DNA from: Bugula neritina
Taxonomy: Eukaryota; Animalia; Bryozoa
Reading direction: 5' to 3'
NCBI GenBank assembly: GCA_964035545.1
Contig: OZ037773.1
Location: 7,779,751-7,843,750 of the forward strand
Length of the DNA stretch: 64,000 nt
The number at the start of each line of letters is the position of its first letter. The first letter of the stretch is position 1. A model generated the notes under the pieces. The model had not been told where the DNA came from and ran no database searches. It was given only the letters and a program-made list of their open reading frames with translations. Positions 24,701 through 54,765 of the stretch are shown one piece after another. A program made the translations under genes and the position numbers.

Positions 24701-27337
24701 ACTTTATATGTGCATGTGTAGATGTGTAGATAGAGTACAGATGAATTACTAGATGAAGTGTAGACTACTTAATAGATAAAATATTAGTAGATACAAAAAG
24801 CACAAAACATAGAAAAGTTATAAAATATATTTCATAATTTGATGGACTTGGAACATATACTATCTAGAATTTTACTTTTGATTTCTTCTTTTGCTTCTTT
24901 TCTTCACGGATCATCATTTTAAAAGGTTTTGGTATAGTTATGATGGGAGACCAACTATCCTTTGCTTCTTCTGCAGTGAGTCTGTTACTAGTCCACCCGC
25001 TGTTTTCCTTATTGGACACATAGGAACCCGAGCCACTAGATTGTAGGTCCCTGAGTGAGCGGGGAGGGGCGTACTCGTCTATGTTGAAATCCTTCCACAT
25101 CCCCTTAATTCTAATAACACAGGGTATGTTTTATAGTAACAGCATGAACATTACACATTAACTTCACCTCTTAACTAAACTACTACACGAAGCAGATAAT
25201 TCCTAATGGCTTTTAAACAACACCATGATGGAGCAAAGAATGACTTTTTGCTATGCCTGTGGCAGGTGGCTATGCTAGAATCAAACGAGCAGTAACACAT
25301 GAAGATAGGGAAACCTATAGAAAAATGAGACCATGTAAAAGCTAACCTTACCTTTCCATACTATCAGAGAGTCCATCCAGTAAACTAGCATTCTTTTCTG
25401 TCAGGGGAGCTAAGAGAGGAAAAAAACATAATGTTCGCTTATATTTGAAACATAGTGTTACAGTATTGCATCAGAGCTGCTATTTATCAAAACAATGTTA
25501 ACAGCTAAATGAAGGACAACTTACTGCCCCCATGAACTTCTCTGGTCCTTGATTGGCTGAATTCATAGTCATCATCTTCATCTTCATTGGCCGAGGAGTC
25601 AGTAGGTCTGAAACATGCACGGCATAAAATGACACATAACTAAAATAATGTCAGGATAGAAGTGGTCCATATATTACACACAGTAATGCTATGTGTCAAG
25701 TGATGTCATGTGTCAAGTGATGTCAAGTGATGTCATGTGTCAAGTGATGTCATGTGTCAAGTGATGTCAAGTGTCAAGCGATGTCAAGTGATGTCAAGTG
25801 TCACGCGATGTCATGTGTCAAGAGATGTCATGTGTCAAGTGATGTCAAGTGTCAAGCGATGTCAAGTGATGTCAAGTGATGTCAAGTGATGTCAAGTGTC
25901 ACGCGATGTCATGTGTCAAGCGATGTCAAAAAACGTGCTAAATCAAAATGTGTCGAGTCTTACTATGTATGGATCAAGAGGTGGAATGAAGAACACCACA
26001 TCTGTAGAAGATACCTGGCAACTACCATCTGATCTGCATATAACCAGGGTACTGGAATGGCTAATACAGAATTATTACACTCTACCTGAAGATGCTGTGG
26101 TTGGCTATGTTTCGACCACTTGACCAAGCATGGCGGGTAGTTACTGAGGGAGGAAGAGGCGGCCTTGACATATCTTTTATCCTATCTCCAGATTGACCTA
26201 CTTCTGCAATCTGAACCAAAATGCAACAAAAGTTAATTTTTTAGTATACTAAACATTTTTGAATACTAAAAAATAGGATCGACAATCTAGAATCTAACTA
26301 GAAAACTTGAGTAGAAATCTAACTGAAATAGTCACTGTACAAATAATGCCTTTTACAAATTAAATTTAACAAAACCTAACTTATGTTTTCAAACCATGTT
26401 ATACTAATCAATGTTCAATATCAGAAACATTGAAAAAGGCTTAATGATGTTTTATCAGAGATCTTAAAAATGGCAACATACTCATAAAGTTTATTGCAGC
26501 ACATGTTACATGCAACTGTTGGTCACACAAGACACGTACTTTAGAATTGTAGGCTTGCTCACACATCTTTAGAGTTTGCTGGTGATCAGACTTAAGTTCC
26601 TGCAGCCTCTGGTAGAATTGTTCATCACTCAATGTATCCAGTTCTTCTGCCAGCCTCTCAACCTTGGGGTCTCTGGGACTAAGAGAATATGCATGCTTCA
26701 CACGCTGTCCATTTTTCTGAGATAGATCAAACTGTAAACACAGCAATGAAAATACAGCAAATTATAATTCTTCAACCACGCAATACTAATAGAATGCTTA
26801 TTTTTTACCATCTACATTGCTCTAATCTACTAAGTAATGCTTACTGAGATTACTTACTCTTAGTATTACTAATATTATTACAGTATTACTAATAGTAATA
26901 CTAATAGTATTTTAATATTTAAACATTATTTATAAATATAAGTAAAACTAAAAGTAAAAGTTTTCAATTACTAAATAAAAAATTATATTATATTTAATTT
27001 AAAATAAAAAAACAATTATAATTATAATATGAACATTTTTTATAATATTATTTTTAAATTAAATTCAAAAATAATCATAATCATAATGTGAAACTTAATA
27101 TCAAACTCAATGTGGGAGACTGAGTTTCAGTTTCAATGTGAATGTCAAATTCGATATGCAAATTTATCAGCCCACCGTATTCGACTCTTCTTCGTCCAAA
27201 TATGTAAATCTTTCGTTTAAGTTCATAGAATTACCTAACACTCTTTCATGCAGTGTTTTAGGTAGACCATGAACAGGGTCAATTGGTTGTTTTATACTAG
27301 AATTCGTAATTATAGATATTTCATGTTCGGTTGCCAT
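21704..27337 (-). CDS. FAM161A: FAM161A-like ciliary/centriolar microtubule-binding protein (UPF0564). Exons 27176-27337, 26540-26731, 26086-26210, 25525-25607, 25352-25409, 24876-25110, 24485-24666, 24214-24349, 23202-23890, 22675-22774, 22382-22512, 22060-22149, 21704-21794
   Basis: N-terminus MATEHEISIITNSSIKQPIDPVHG; ITIPKPFKMMIRE; KKFKASPAPAHIYLPLY; EEEEYRKIRVRMRAEELLRESRLP; TVTQPFNLRT; RPLLFER. Phases consistent across 13 exons; A vs B paralog assignment is approximate. Confidence 0.87.
21835..22049 (-). repeat. 20/28-bp composite repeat filling the last FAM161A intron
   Basis: Plus strand TACTAGTAGTACTG(T/A)GAGTG with an optional 8-nt insert. Confidence 0.85.
25692..25928. repeat. 7/10-bp satellite (TGTCAAG / ATGTCAAGTG) in FAM161A intron 3
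   Basis: Direct reading of the sequence. Confidence 0.9.
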
Positions 27338-28285
27338 GATGAAAAATTAAAGCTGTTCAATCCCGCATAAGTCCAACAAGCTACATTTGTATTGGCTCGA
27401 TTACAGTTCAACGCTTATTTTTTTTCTCCAAGAGACAACTACTCCAACAACATAAATAACCTATAACATTACATTGCCTTCTATGACACAGGTTTGAGTC
27501 ATTGCAGCTCTACTGACCTACAAACGACCTTGGAGGCTCAACAGCTTTTTTATTTTGTTGATAAAAATAGCTTATTTAGTGTTAAATTTAGTTTAGCGTT
27601 ACTCGTAAATTAGATCTTTTCATCTACAATCGCAATGTGTGGAACTGCGCATTTTTTGACACATTTTGATATATTCTAAATTTAATTTAGGTGATTGTTG
27701 TAAATCTAATAGTAATAGTAATTACTAATAGTTATAGTAATTATATTTTAAAATAAAAATAATTATTATTATTTGATATTTCTATTTCGATTTTTATGTT
27801 TAACTTCAGGTTTATCATTATGGTAATCTTAAGGATATTTATTTTAATTGAATTGATAAATGATAATCATAGTGATTCATGGTGATAATAAAATATGATA
27901 AATTTAAATGATTTATTTTTAGATAAGTAAATACTAACACTAATACTAATAGTAATGCTAATACTAATAGTAATAGATTATCTTTATTAGACTAGTAGTA
28001 ATACTATTACTATGACTATAGTTATTGCTATGCCTATTGGGTTATACCGTTTTCCAATACCCTGGGATGTTGAAAAGTGCATGAGGACATTTGCATTTTT
28101 TCTTTTACCTTCTGTCTTTTTGCTTTAGATTTCAAGTTATGTATTTTGATTATAATAATTTTCTTTTCGAATTTGGCCTCTACTAACTTAAGTTATTAGA
28201 GTTTTTGACAAAAAATTAATAAATTAAACTTTAATGGTCACCAATTTTTAATTGTAACTGTAAATTTAATTTTTTTAAAGAAGAC
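27338..28285. promoter_or_regulatory. Probable bidirectional promoter region FAM161A/FUT8
   Basis: Divergent start codons about 950 bp apart; TSSs not located. Confidence 0.55.
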
Positions 28286-31200
28286 ATGACATCTACCAGA
28301 GTGAAGTTGGTTGCTTTGTTTATCTGCCTCTGGCTGATTATGTTGGTCACACTCTACTCTAAATCGGGTTTCGAGGAATCAATGGAGACAGAAATGTTAC
28401 ACAAGGAGCTGAGAAGAGCCCAGGAAGATGTAAAAATGTTAGCGGATCGCAATAAAGCCCTCGAACGGTATGTAAAAGGATCTTTGCTAATTTTTTTAAA
28501 AATATTTATGATGACAGGGGTTAAAGTGTTTGCTTAATCAGCACGAAGTTATGGGTTCAAGCCCCATCAAAGGCCATTGGTGATGTTAAGAAGAGCATCC
28601 AGTCATAATTGCTCCTGTGCCCATCTAAATAAGTCCTTAGCCCAATTTAACAAAAAACCCCTTCCTAAAAGGTTTTTTTCACAGGGATAATAACTATAAA
28701 CTTGCGTGAGTTTCTTTTTATTTATGATAACTAAAGATATTTTTGAAATATACTGATGATGATTTTAGAGAATTGCTATCATCCAAAGCTGACAAACTAG
28801 TTGGTGAAGAAGTAGACGTTGTAAAGCGTGATTCTAACAGTAATGATTTAAATGGAGAATGCCAGCAAAAGGTAAGCTAATAATTCTAGCTTGTTTCTCA
28901 ATGTTTATTTGCTTAGCGCTGAACATGTTATCAAGGTGGCTTAAGATGTTACAAAGGGAGGACACCGTTATGTCATCTTTCTTGTTGGAATTTTTCCTAT
29001 TACATGCTTTAAAATAAATTTTCTTTAGTTTTAATCTTAATGCAGTATTTAGTCTTTAAATATGGATAAATTTTTATAAACGAATTTTTAATATTTTTGA
29101 TAAAATTAATTTTAATTGTATTATATTACTCTTCTATGGAGATAAATAAGTTGTAAAGGGGAAAATAATGCTGCTAGTACATCTGAAGTATATCATCGAT
29201 TTTGCTTTTCAAGTTCGGCCAAAGTACTTACTAAATTCTAGTAACTTTACAGCAGGCTTATGAATACGTGCAGCTGATGAAACCTTGTGTCAATTTATTG
29301 CCTGGCTTGTCCATTAAACAAGGGTATATATTATATTTTGTACTCTTCAAAGGTTATCAACCTTGAGAATCTGGTGAGAGAGTTAAGAGCACTGAATGGT
29401 GGAGAACAGAAGCCTGAAGAGGGTGGTAAACATGGTATGATAATTCCTCTAGGTGAGTCAACAATGCAATTATATACAGGGTATTGCAATACAATGTAAT
29501 AATATGCAAGGTACTGCAATACAATATAATAATATGCAAGGTACTGCAATACAATACAATAATATGCAAGGTACTGCAATACAATATAATAATATGCAAG
29601 GTACTGCAATACAATACAATAATATGCAAGGTACTGCAATACAATATAATAATATGCAGGGCATTGCAATATAGCATATAAACCCACAAGTAAAATCCAT
29701 TTTATACTGTGTTATTTGTCTCATTATGTTTATTTAAACATGATTTTGACTGAGTTTTTCCCAAGACAAACTGTTGTGATACCTATGTTGTTCTAGTGTA
29801 TAAAACATTTCCAATACATGCCCAGATTATCAGGTGCACATGCACTAAGTTTACTCAACTAACTATTCATTGTTCGATTACTTCTTTAACGTATTATGTA
29901 AGACTGTGTGTTATGTGGTGACCAGGACAGGGGCCCAGTATGGAGCACGAGAAGGCGAGATTCAGACTGGCTGATAATATTCAGGAGCTGTGGTATTACC
30001 TAAACAGAAACTTGAAGAAACTCGGATCTACTAGCGGGAATGGGATTTTGGATGACGTTGCTCATCGTCACAGGTTAGTTGACTTGTACTGGAGAAGTAT
30101 ATCTTCCTAAATGGTGCCTGTGTGAAACATACACCTCTGCTGCATATGTGAACCGTACACTTCTGGTACATGAAACAGTCTAGTTTGTCTTGACAGTCAG
30201 GGGCATTAATAAGTTTTATTATGAGTAGAAATGCTGTATTTCAGCCTTTCTTTTTCCTCTGCTGCTTTATTTTCATGACTATTTTATTAATAACTCAAGT
30301 TACACAGGATAATTCGACTGAACACAGTATAAAGTATAGGGTGTTGTTTTAGTCCTGGATACGTGTTGTGTATAGTACAGGTATTTAGTATACTATGGAT
30401 ACGTGTTGTGTATAGTACAGGTGTTTAGTATACTATGGATACGTGTTGTGTATAGTACAGGTGTTTAGTATACTATCACAGGTCTATAGAAGCCGACTTG
30501 ATTCGTCTGTCACGAGTTGACAACACGGAGGCGTGGAGAGAACAGGAACACTTTGAGTTACAGAGTCTTATGCAGAGGAGACTTCATCATCTCCAAGTAC
30601 TGTCTCTTCTTCAGTTCAACTACTCCATTATTCACATTTCTGCTACATACTCTCCCAGTATTGACATAACTCTTTCTTGTTTTGAGTTCTGTTACAACTT
30701 GCAAGTGTAACATCCAGTATTAGGAGAGTTAATTTTAAACTGTCTCTTTTTGTCATTTTTTTATGCTGTGAATTGTATTATACTCTTTGCTCTAATACTT
30801 GATGGTCACATGCTATAATTTATACTCTTTGCTTTAATACTCTATATAACTCTCTATAATTTATACTCTGTGTTCCAATACTTTATAACCACATACTATA
30901 CTTTATGCTCTTTGCTCCTATACTCTACACATCATGTGCTACGCTGTATACTCTTTGCTCTAATACTCTATATAACTCGCTATACTTTATAGTCTTTGTT
31001 CTAATACTTTATGACCATAGACTACTTCTATCTGTTGTGTAGCATCCGAAAGACTGCTCGAAGGCAAAGAAGGTGTTGTGTGACCTGAATAAGGGGTGTG
31101 GCTTTGGCTGCCAACTGCACCATGTCGTCTACTGCTTCATGATAGCCTACGGCACTGAGAGAACTCTTATCCTTCAGTCTAAGGTTGTCTCCACTTCTCT

Positions 31201-34200
31201 ATCCTGTCTCCACTTTGCTATGCTGTAATACTCATGATATATTGTGTTGAGGACATTAGCCTCAGCACCTATAGACTGTCCCAGTCTGGGTCAGCTTCAG
31301 TCACCTAATTCAGAACACCAGCTACTCGGTTTACAAATGAACACAGCTGTTTTTCCATGAGAATCTTCTTTTTAACCTTATTTGAAGATTACAGACAAAA
31401 AGGTTTTTTTAGTGTAGAAATATTTTACTTATTTTTTGGGTAGATTTGAATATTTTTCAGTTATAGGCGCATGTAATGTGTGTGTTTTATGTATTACATA
31501 TGTGGATATATAGATAATGTTAGCATTGTACTGCACGTATTACACATGTTACTATATAGATATATATTAGCACTGTACTGTATGTATTACACATTCTACT
31601 ATGTAGATATATATTAGCATTGTGCTGTATATATTACCAGGGCTGGAGATACGCCCATCAGGGTTGGGACTCTGTATTCCTCCCCCTCAGTGAATCGTGT
31701 ACAGAAGCTGGAACTCACCGAGTCAACTGGAATGGTGAGTAACTCAGCCTCTAGTCAACAGGAAGTGTGTATCGTGTATCAAACTCGTTCAATTAGGAGT
31801 TGTGTGCTTTGTAAGGGTTATTACGCAGTATTTCATTTGATACTTTCTAAAGCTTAGAACTATGTATCATGTTTAGGTTGGTAGGGCTGCAGTAATTTCT
31901 CTGCTTTTCCCTACCTCCAGCTCCTAGGTGCTGAGGCTGTCTATATTGCAGGTGAGAAGAACTCTAAAGATGCAGAAGTAGTTGTGTTGCCAATAGTAGA
32001 TGCGTTACATAATCATCCGCCGTACATGCCGCTGTCTTACCCCGAGGACATAGCGCCACGTCTGGAGTAGGTATCCCCCCTATTAGCCTTATGGGATGCA
32101 ATCACAGGCTATTTAAATTGTAAACCAATATTTAGAGAATATACGTTATCATATCATTGATGCCGGACTCTGTATTATAAGGCTTGATGAAATTTAGCTG
32201 TGTGTGGATACTCATACTCAAGTCATTCTGCTTTATTCAGTACGCATCAGCAAATTAGGGCCAAACGTTAAAGTTTGCTTCAAATCCATGAAAATGTAAT
32301 TTTTGGGGTAATTTTATGTCCTGATTCTAATTATTCTTAGTAAAAAAGCATCAGAGGAGGCCCTGCAACATTAAAGCGCAGCGTTATTGTCATATGAGCT
32401 AAATATTATATATGTGTGGACCGTGATGGTTTTTTTATCGCAGTCTGTATATTCTAATTTACTAAAAGTTAAGAAACAACAGGAAATCAGGCAAAATTAT
32501 AAAAAAAATCTTGACTATTAATATGTTATTAGTTTAGGACAAAAAACCATATGCATTAGTAGTTAAATTGTGAAAAAATAGCTAAAAACTAGAGGTATAT
32601 ACTATACATGTCACTGACTCACACAGGAAACTTCACGGAGATCCTTCTGTCTGGTTTATTGCTCAGTTTGTGAAGTATCTGATGCGTCCCCAACCACACC
32701 TTCAACTCACTCTAGATGAGGCTAGGCAGAAGCTGAAGTTCCAGAATCCAATTGTTGGGTGAGTTTTGTGCTAGCTACACTATTGTCTGGTAACACTGTT
32801 GACTAGGTACACTATTGCCTGGTAACAACACTATTGGCTAGCTACACTATTGACTGGTAACACTATTGTCCGGTAACACTATTGTCTAGTAACACTGTTG
32901 TCTGGTAACACTATTAACTAGTAATATTACAACTATGCCATTGTCACGCATTTGTTATAATTGTTTTATAATATACTTGTATAATTCTACTGTAATATTT
33001 ATGTATGTTTTCTCTTTTAATTGTTCAATCATATTGCCACGGTGCCTCTGCATCTATATGTTGTCCACTATGTTACTTTTTTTTAATTTAATACTCAATT
33101 TTAAGTAAACCTAGTAGGTTAGGTTAATAGTTACTAGTTCCTAGTTAGTTACTAGTTGTTAGTTACTAATTGTTAGTTACTAGTTATTAGTTATTAGTCA
33201 CTACTTATTAGTTACTAGTTATTAGTTACTAGTTGTTAGTTACTAGTTGTTAGTTACTAGTTACTAGTTATTAGTTACTAGTTGTTAGTTACTAGTTATT
33301 AGTTACTAGTTATTAGTTACTAGTTATTGATGTGCTGTAGTATACACGTGAGGAGGACAGACAAGGTGGGTACAGAGGCAGCATTCCACAGTATAGAGGA
33401 GTACATGGAGCATGTGGAGGAATGGTTTCTACGTAGGGAGGTTCAGGGAGAAGAGATAAAAAGGAGAGTTTATATAGCATCTGATGATGCCTCTGTATTA
33501 CCTGACGCCAGGAAGAAGTAAGTGTTTTACACATGATATACCGTATACCCACTTACAGTGTACTTACAGTATGTAGCAGTGCTTTATGGGAGTTGTTTTT
33601 AAAATATATGTACTTACACTTTCTTTTAACCATATTGAGACCATATATACCTAGAGTGTATAAACCTACACTTTATTGTAGCTGGGACTATATACCAACT
33701 ATATATCATATACTTACACTGTATTGTCACTATATATATAGTATATATACTTACACTGTATTGTCACTATATATATAGTATATATACTTACACTGTATTG
33801 TGACTATATATATAGTATATATACTTACACTGTATTGTGACTATATATAGTATATATACTTACACTGTATATTGTGACTATATATAGAGTATATATACTT
33901 ACACTGTATATTGTGACAATATAGTATATATACAGAGCATAATACGTGTATACATTATTCCTCCCAGATACCCCAATTACGAGTTTTATGGTGATGCTGC
34001 CATTGCTCGGTCAGCTGGACTAGGTAGTCGATACAGTGACAGCTCCCTGCAAGGTTTAATACTAGACATACACCTTCTCTCTTTGACAGACTACCTGGTG
34101 TGTACCTTCTCTTCCCAGGTAAGTACCTACACTCTACTTCAGGTAACTATATTATGCACTATAATACAAGTTACTGTAAACTCTGTATCATCAATAAAAC

Positions 34201-35148
34201 TATGGTATTCCCTTAGAGCTTATGCCTACACCTGCATATCCACAATTCATTCCAGGTGTGCCGAGTGGCGTATGAGATAATGCAAACTCTTCATCCTGAC
34301 GCTGCCCGCTACTTCCACTCTCTTGACGACATCTACTATTTTGGAGGTCAAACGGGTCACGAGGAAACGGCCATCTACAAACATGTTCCTGCCAACAGAG
34401 GTGAGCGTTGATGTTCAGGAAGTGGGTTAGTTGCTGCTGTTTGTGGTGATTGCTGGGGGTCCAATTTTCTCATTTTTATCTTTTTTCGTTTCAAAATCAA
34501 TTTGATTACTCGAAATTATTGTAGTGATTAGGTGATGTTCTATGAAGTGTAGAATATCCAGCTCATGATATGAAGTGTAGAATATCTAGCTCATGATATG
34601 AAGTGTAGAATATCTAGCATATGATATGAAGTGTAGAATATCTAGCTCATGATATGAAGTGTAGAATATCTAGCACATGATATGAAGTGTAGAATATCTA
34701 GCTCATGATATGAAGTGTAGAATATCTAGCATATGATATGAAGTGTAGAATATCTAGCTCATGATATGAAGTGTAGAATATCCAGCTCATGATATGAAGT
34801 GTAGAATATCTAGCTCATAATATATCAAATACAAAGGGTTTGAAACATATTTTGCTATGCGTCTACTGATCTTTAAACCTGTCATTTGTTCATTGGTGTA
34901 TAGTTTAGTAAATTAGTTAGAGAACTTGTGATTTTGTTGAAAAGGATGTTTGTGTGAATGTTGTAGAGGAAATAGCACTGGAGGTGGGTGATGTAGTTGG
35001 TATAGCTGGCAATCACTGGGATGGCTATAGCAAGGGTCAGAACCGAAGGACGGGTGGTATTGGTCTCTACCCATCCTATAAGACTGTGAATAAGAAAGTA
35101 GTGGTGAAGTATCCAATATATGAGCAGGTGCCTCTTACAGAAACCTAG
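28286..35148 (+). CDS. FUT8: Alpha-(1,6)-fucosyltransferase. Exons 28286-28467, 28769-28871, 29353-29452, 29926-30073, 30482-30596, 31043-31183, 31641-31734, 31952-32066, 32627-32758, 33341-33517, 33968-34118, 34256-34400, 34967-35148
   Basis: N-terminal TM anchor; [16 protein letters not shown]; LHGDPSVWF; [17 protein letters not shown]; [17 protein letters not shown]; [11 protein letters not shown]; C-terminal SH3 [10 protein letters not shown]...GLYPSYK. Confidence 0.97.
28510..28700 (+). mobile_element. tRNA-derived SINE-like insertion in FUT8 intron 1
   Basis: Degenerate tRNA-like head GGTTAAAGTGTTTGC...GGGTTCAAGCCCCA (B-box-like) followed by a non-tRNA body; no complete cloverleaf. Confidence 0.5.
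29466..29672 (+). repeat. 30-bp minisatellite, about 7 copies, after the FUT8 exon 3 donor
   Basis: GCAATACAATATAATAATATGCAAGGTACT. Confidence 0.9.
30356..30476 (+). repeat. 40-bp repeat, 3 copies, abutting the FUT8 exon 5 acceptor
   Basis: TGGATACGTGTTGTGTATAGTACAGGTGTTTAGTATACTA; contains ACAG|GT like the real CACAG|GT. Confidence 0.9.
32768..33328 (+). repeat. Two arrays in FUT8 intron 9: ~17-bp ACACTATTGTCTGGTAA next to the donor (32768-32920) and (TAGTTAC/TAGTTAT)n next to the acceptor (33129-33328)
   Basis: Direct reading of the sequence. Confidence 0.85.
33706..33930 (+). repeat. ~36-40-bp repeat, about 6 copies, in FUT8 intron 10
   Basis: TATATACTTACACTGTATTGT(C/G)ACTATATATATAG with a variable TA run. 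Confidence 0.85.
34541..34823 (+). repeat. 28-bp minisatellite, 10 copies, in the last FUT8 intron
   Basis: TATGAAGTGTAGAATATCTAGCTCATGA. Confidence 0.92.
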
Positions 35149-36802
35149 CCGGTATTAAATGTCATATAATTGGCCCCATTTCAACTTAATGTTCTAAAAA
35201 TGGGCTCAAAAAGTATTTTGTAGATAAAATTTTATCATGTTGACTCAACCAGTATTTTTGGCGAATCAAAGTCTGTGATATTGCCTACTAGGTCCGTATG
35301 TTTTAATTCAAACATCTCTCATTTAGGATTTAGTAAAAGCAATATAATTTGTCAAATAATTCTACTTAAACCAAGCTAGGTCTGTTTTGCCTCTAGTTTA
35401 TTTTAGTGAAGCAATCAGTCCCTTATCCTTATGTATAGTTTCATCACAGCACGGCATTCCATGTTGTTTATATTATGTAGACTGGCTCAGCACTGCACCA
35501 TATTTTACTGTTATATATTTCAACTCTAGTTAATAATCATGTGATGTTTGCTTGTATTTATAGTAACTTGTGTATATATATAACATATTACCTACCAGTA
35601 GAATTATTCTACTTATATTATGTGCACATCGCAATATTAGCTACCAGGAAGTCCTATTTAGTGTTTACGGTACTGCTAAAATTGATGTATCATTTTATGG
35701 CAATGTATTATTTTCTTTCGAAAGCATCAGGCAAGTCAATTTATTTTGGGAAAATCTATCATGTTTTTATATTATGTTAGGTTCAGTCCTTCTCACTAAA
35801 TGTTTTATAATGTCAAAAACATTTTAACTCCGTATTAATCCTACTAATACTACTTTAAGTTGCGTTCATTTTATGCAATATTTTGGTGCTCCTGTTCAGT
35901 GTTGGGAATAAACAAGTATCACTACATTTACACACTCGGTCATGCACCTGCACTGAGTTACCTGGCACATTTGTATTCTATGAGTTACTAGACACTTGCT
36001 GTCATGAGTCACCTGGCACTTGTCATGACTCAGCTGACACTTGTTGTCACGAGGCACCTGACATTTGTGGTCACCAGACACTTGCTGTCACGCACTGTTT
36101 CAATTCTATTTAACTTCTCATCAGTTTATTTTTAAAATATACTGTATTGTTTTTTATAGTTTATTTTAATGAAATTTCGTGTGATAAGATCATTTTTTTT
36201 ATTAATCTACGCTCTTCAGGTGTTGAAATACAGCAGGCATATGGATCTAATGAGGGAGTTGTTTATTTACATCATTGCACTGAAATTTTACATCATTGCT
36301 ATGGCAGCAAATTTAAGAGGAAAATAGGACATTTCAGAGGAGTTAAAATGAGCATAGTGGGATAAATTTTAACGTTTTACGATCACACCCCTTTGATAAT
36401 TAACTGCGTGTGGTGATATGCAATCTACCGTACAGGGATAGAATATTTTATAATAGACTGTAACATTCTTCAACTAGCTAAAATACTATAATGTTTCAAA
36501 ATAAAAAACTACCATGTTATATAAAATAGAAGTCAAGCTCATTTAAAAACTGATGCTAGCAAAAATTACTTCATCTGCACACAGAGTGATTAACAATAAC
36601 AATAGATAATAATTTAAGGAATTGTTAGGTTGAAAGCAATAGATCTATAATTAGAGATAAGCATTGGGTGGATGAAACTTGCCAGCATGATGCCACAACT
36701 CCAGGCATATAATTAGCGAGTGCTTGCACCAGCTACTAATTTTAGCTGGTGCAAACAGGGTGTAAAAAGGCTATACTATAATATGGCGAGGTTTGGATTG
36801 GG

Positions 36803-54765
<17,963 letters not shown>

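Noticed and set aside
25965-26030. Possible extra FAM161A exon
   Set aside because: Would be phase 2-0 and break the frame; the flanking exons join correctly without it.
28517-28566. tRNA gene
   Set aside because: Only a degenerate B-box-like segment with no full cloverleaf; treated as a SINE head.
32061-32075. Apparent in-frame TAG in FUT8 (CTG GAG TAG), suggesting readthrough or a pseudogene
   Set aside because: The donor is GA|GTAGGT (phase 2), which joins the next exon to give RLEKLHGDP.
19656-34823. Regularly spaced 21-40-bp direct repeats resembling CRISPR arrays
   Set aside because: Units are head-to-tail with no unique spacers, lie in spliceosomal introns, and there are no cas genes.
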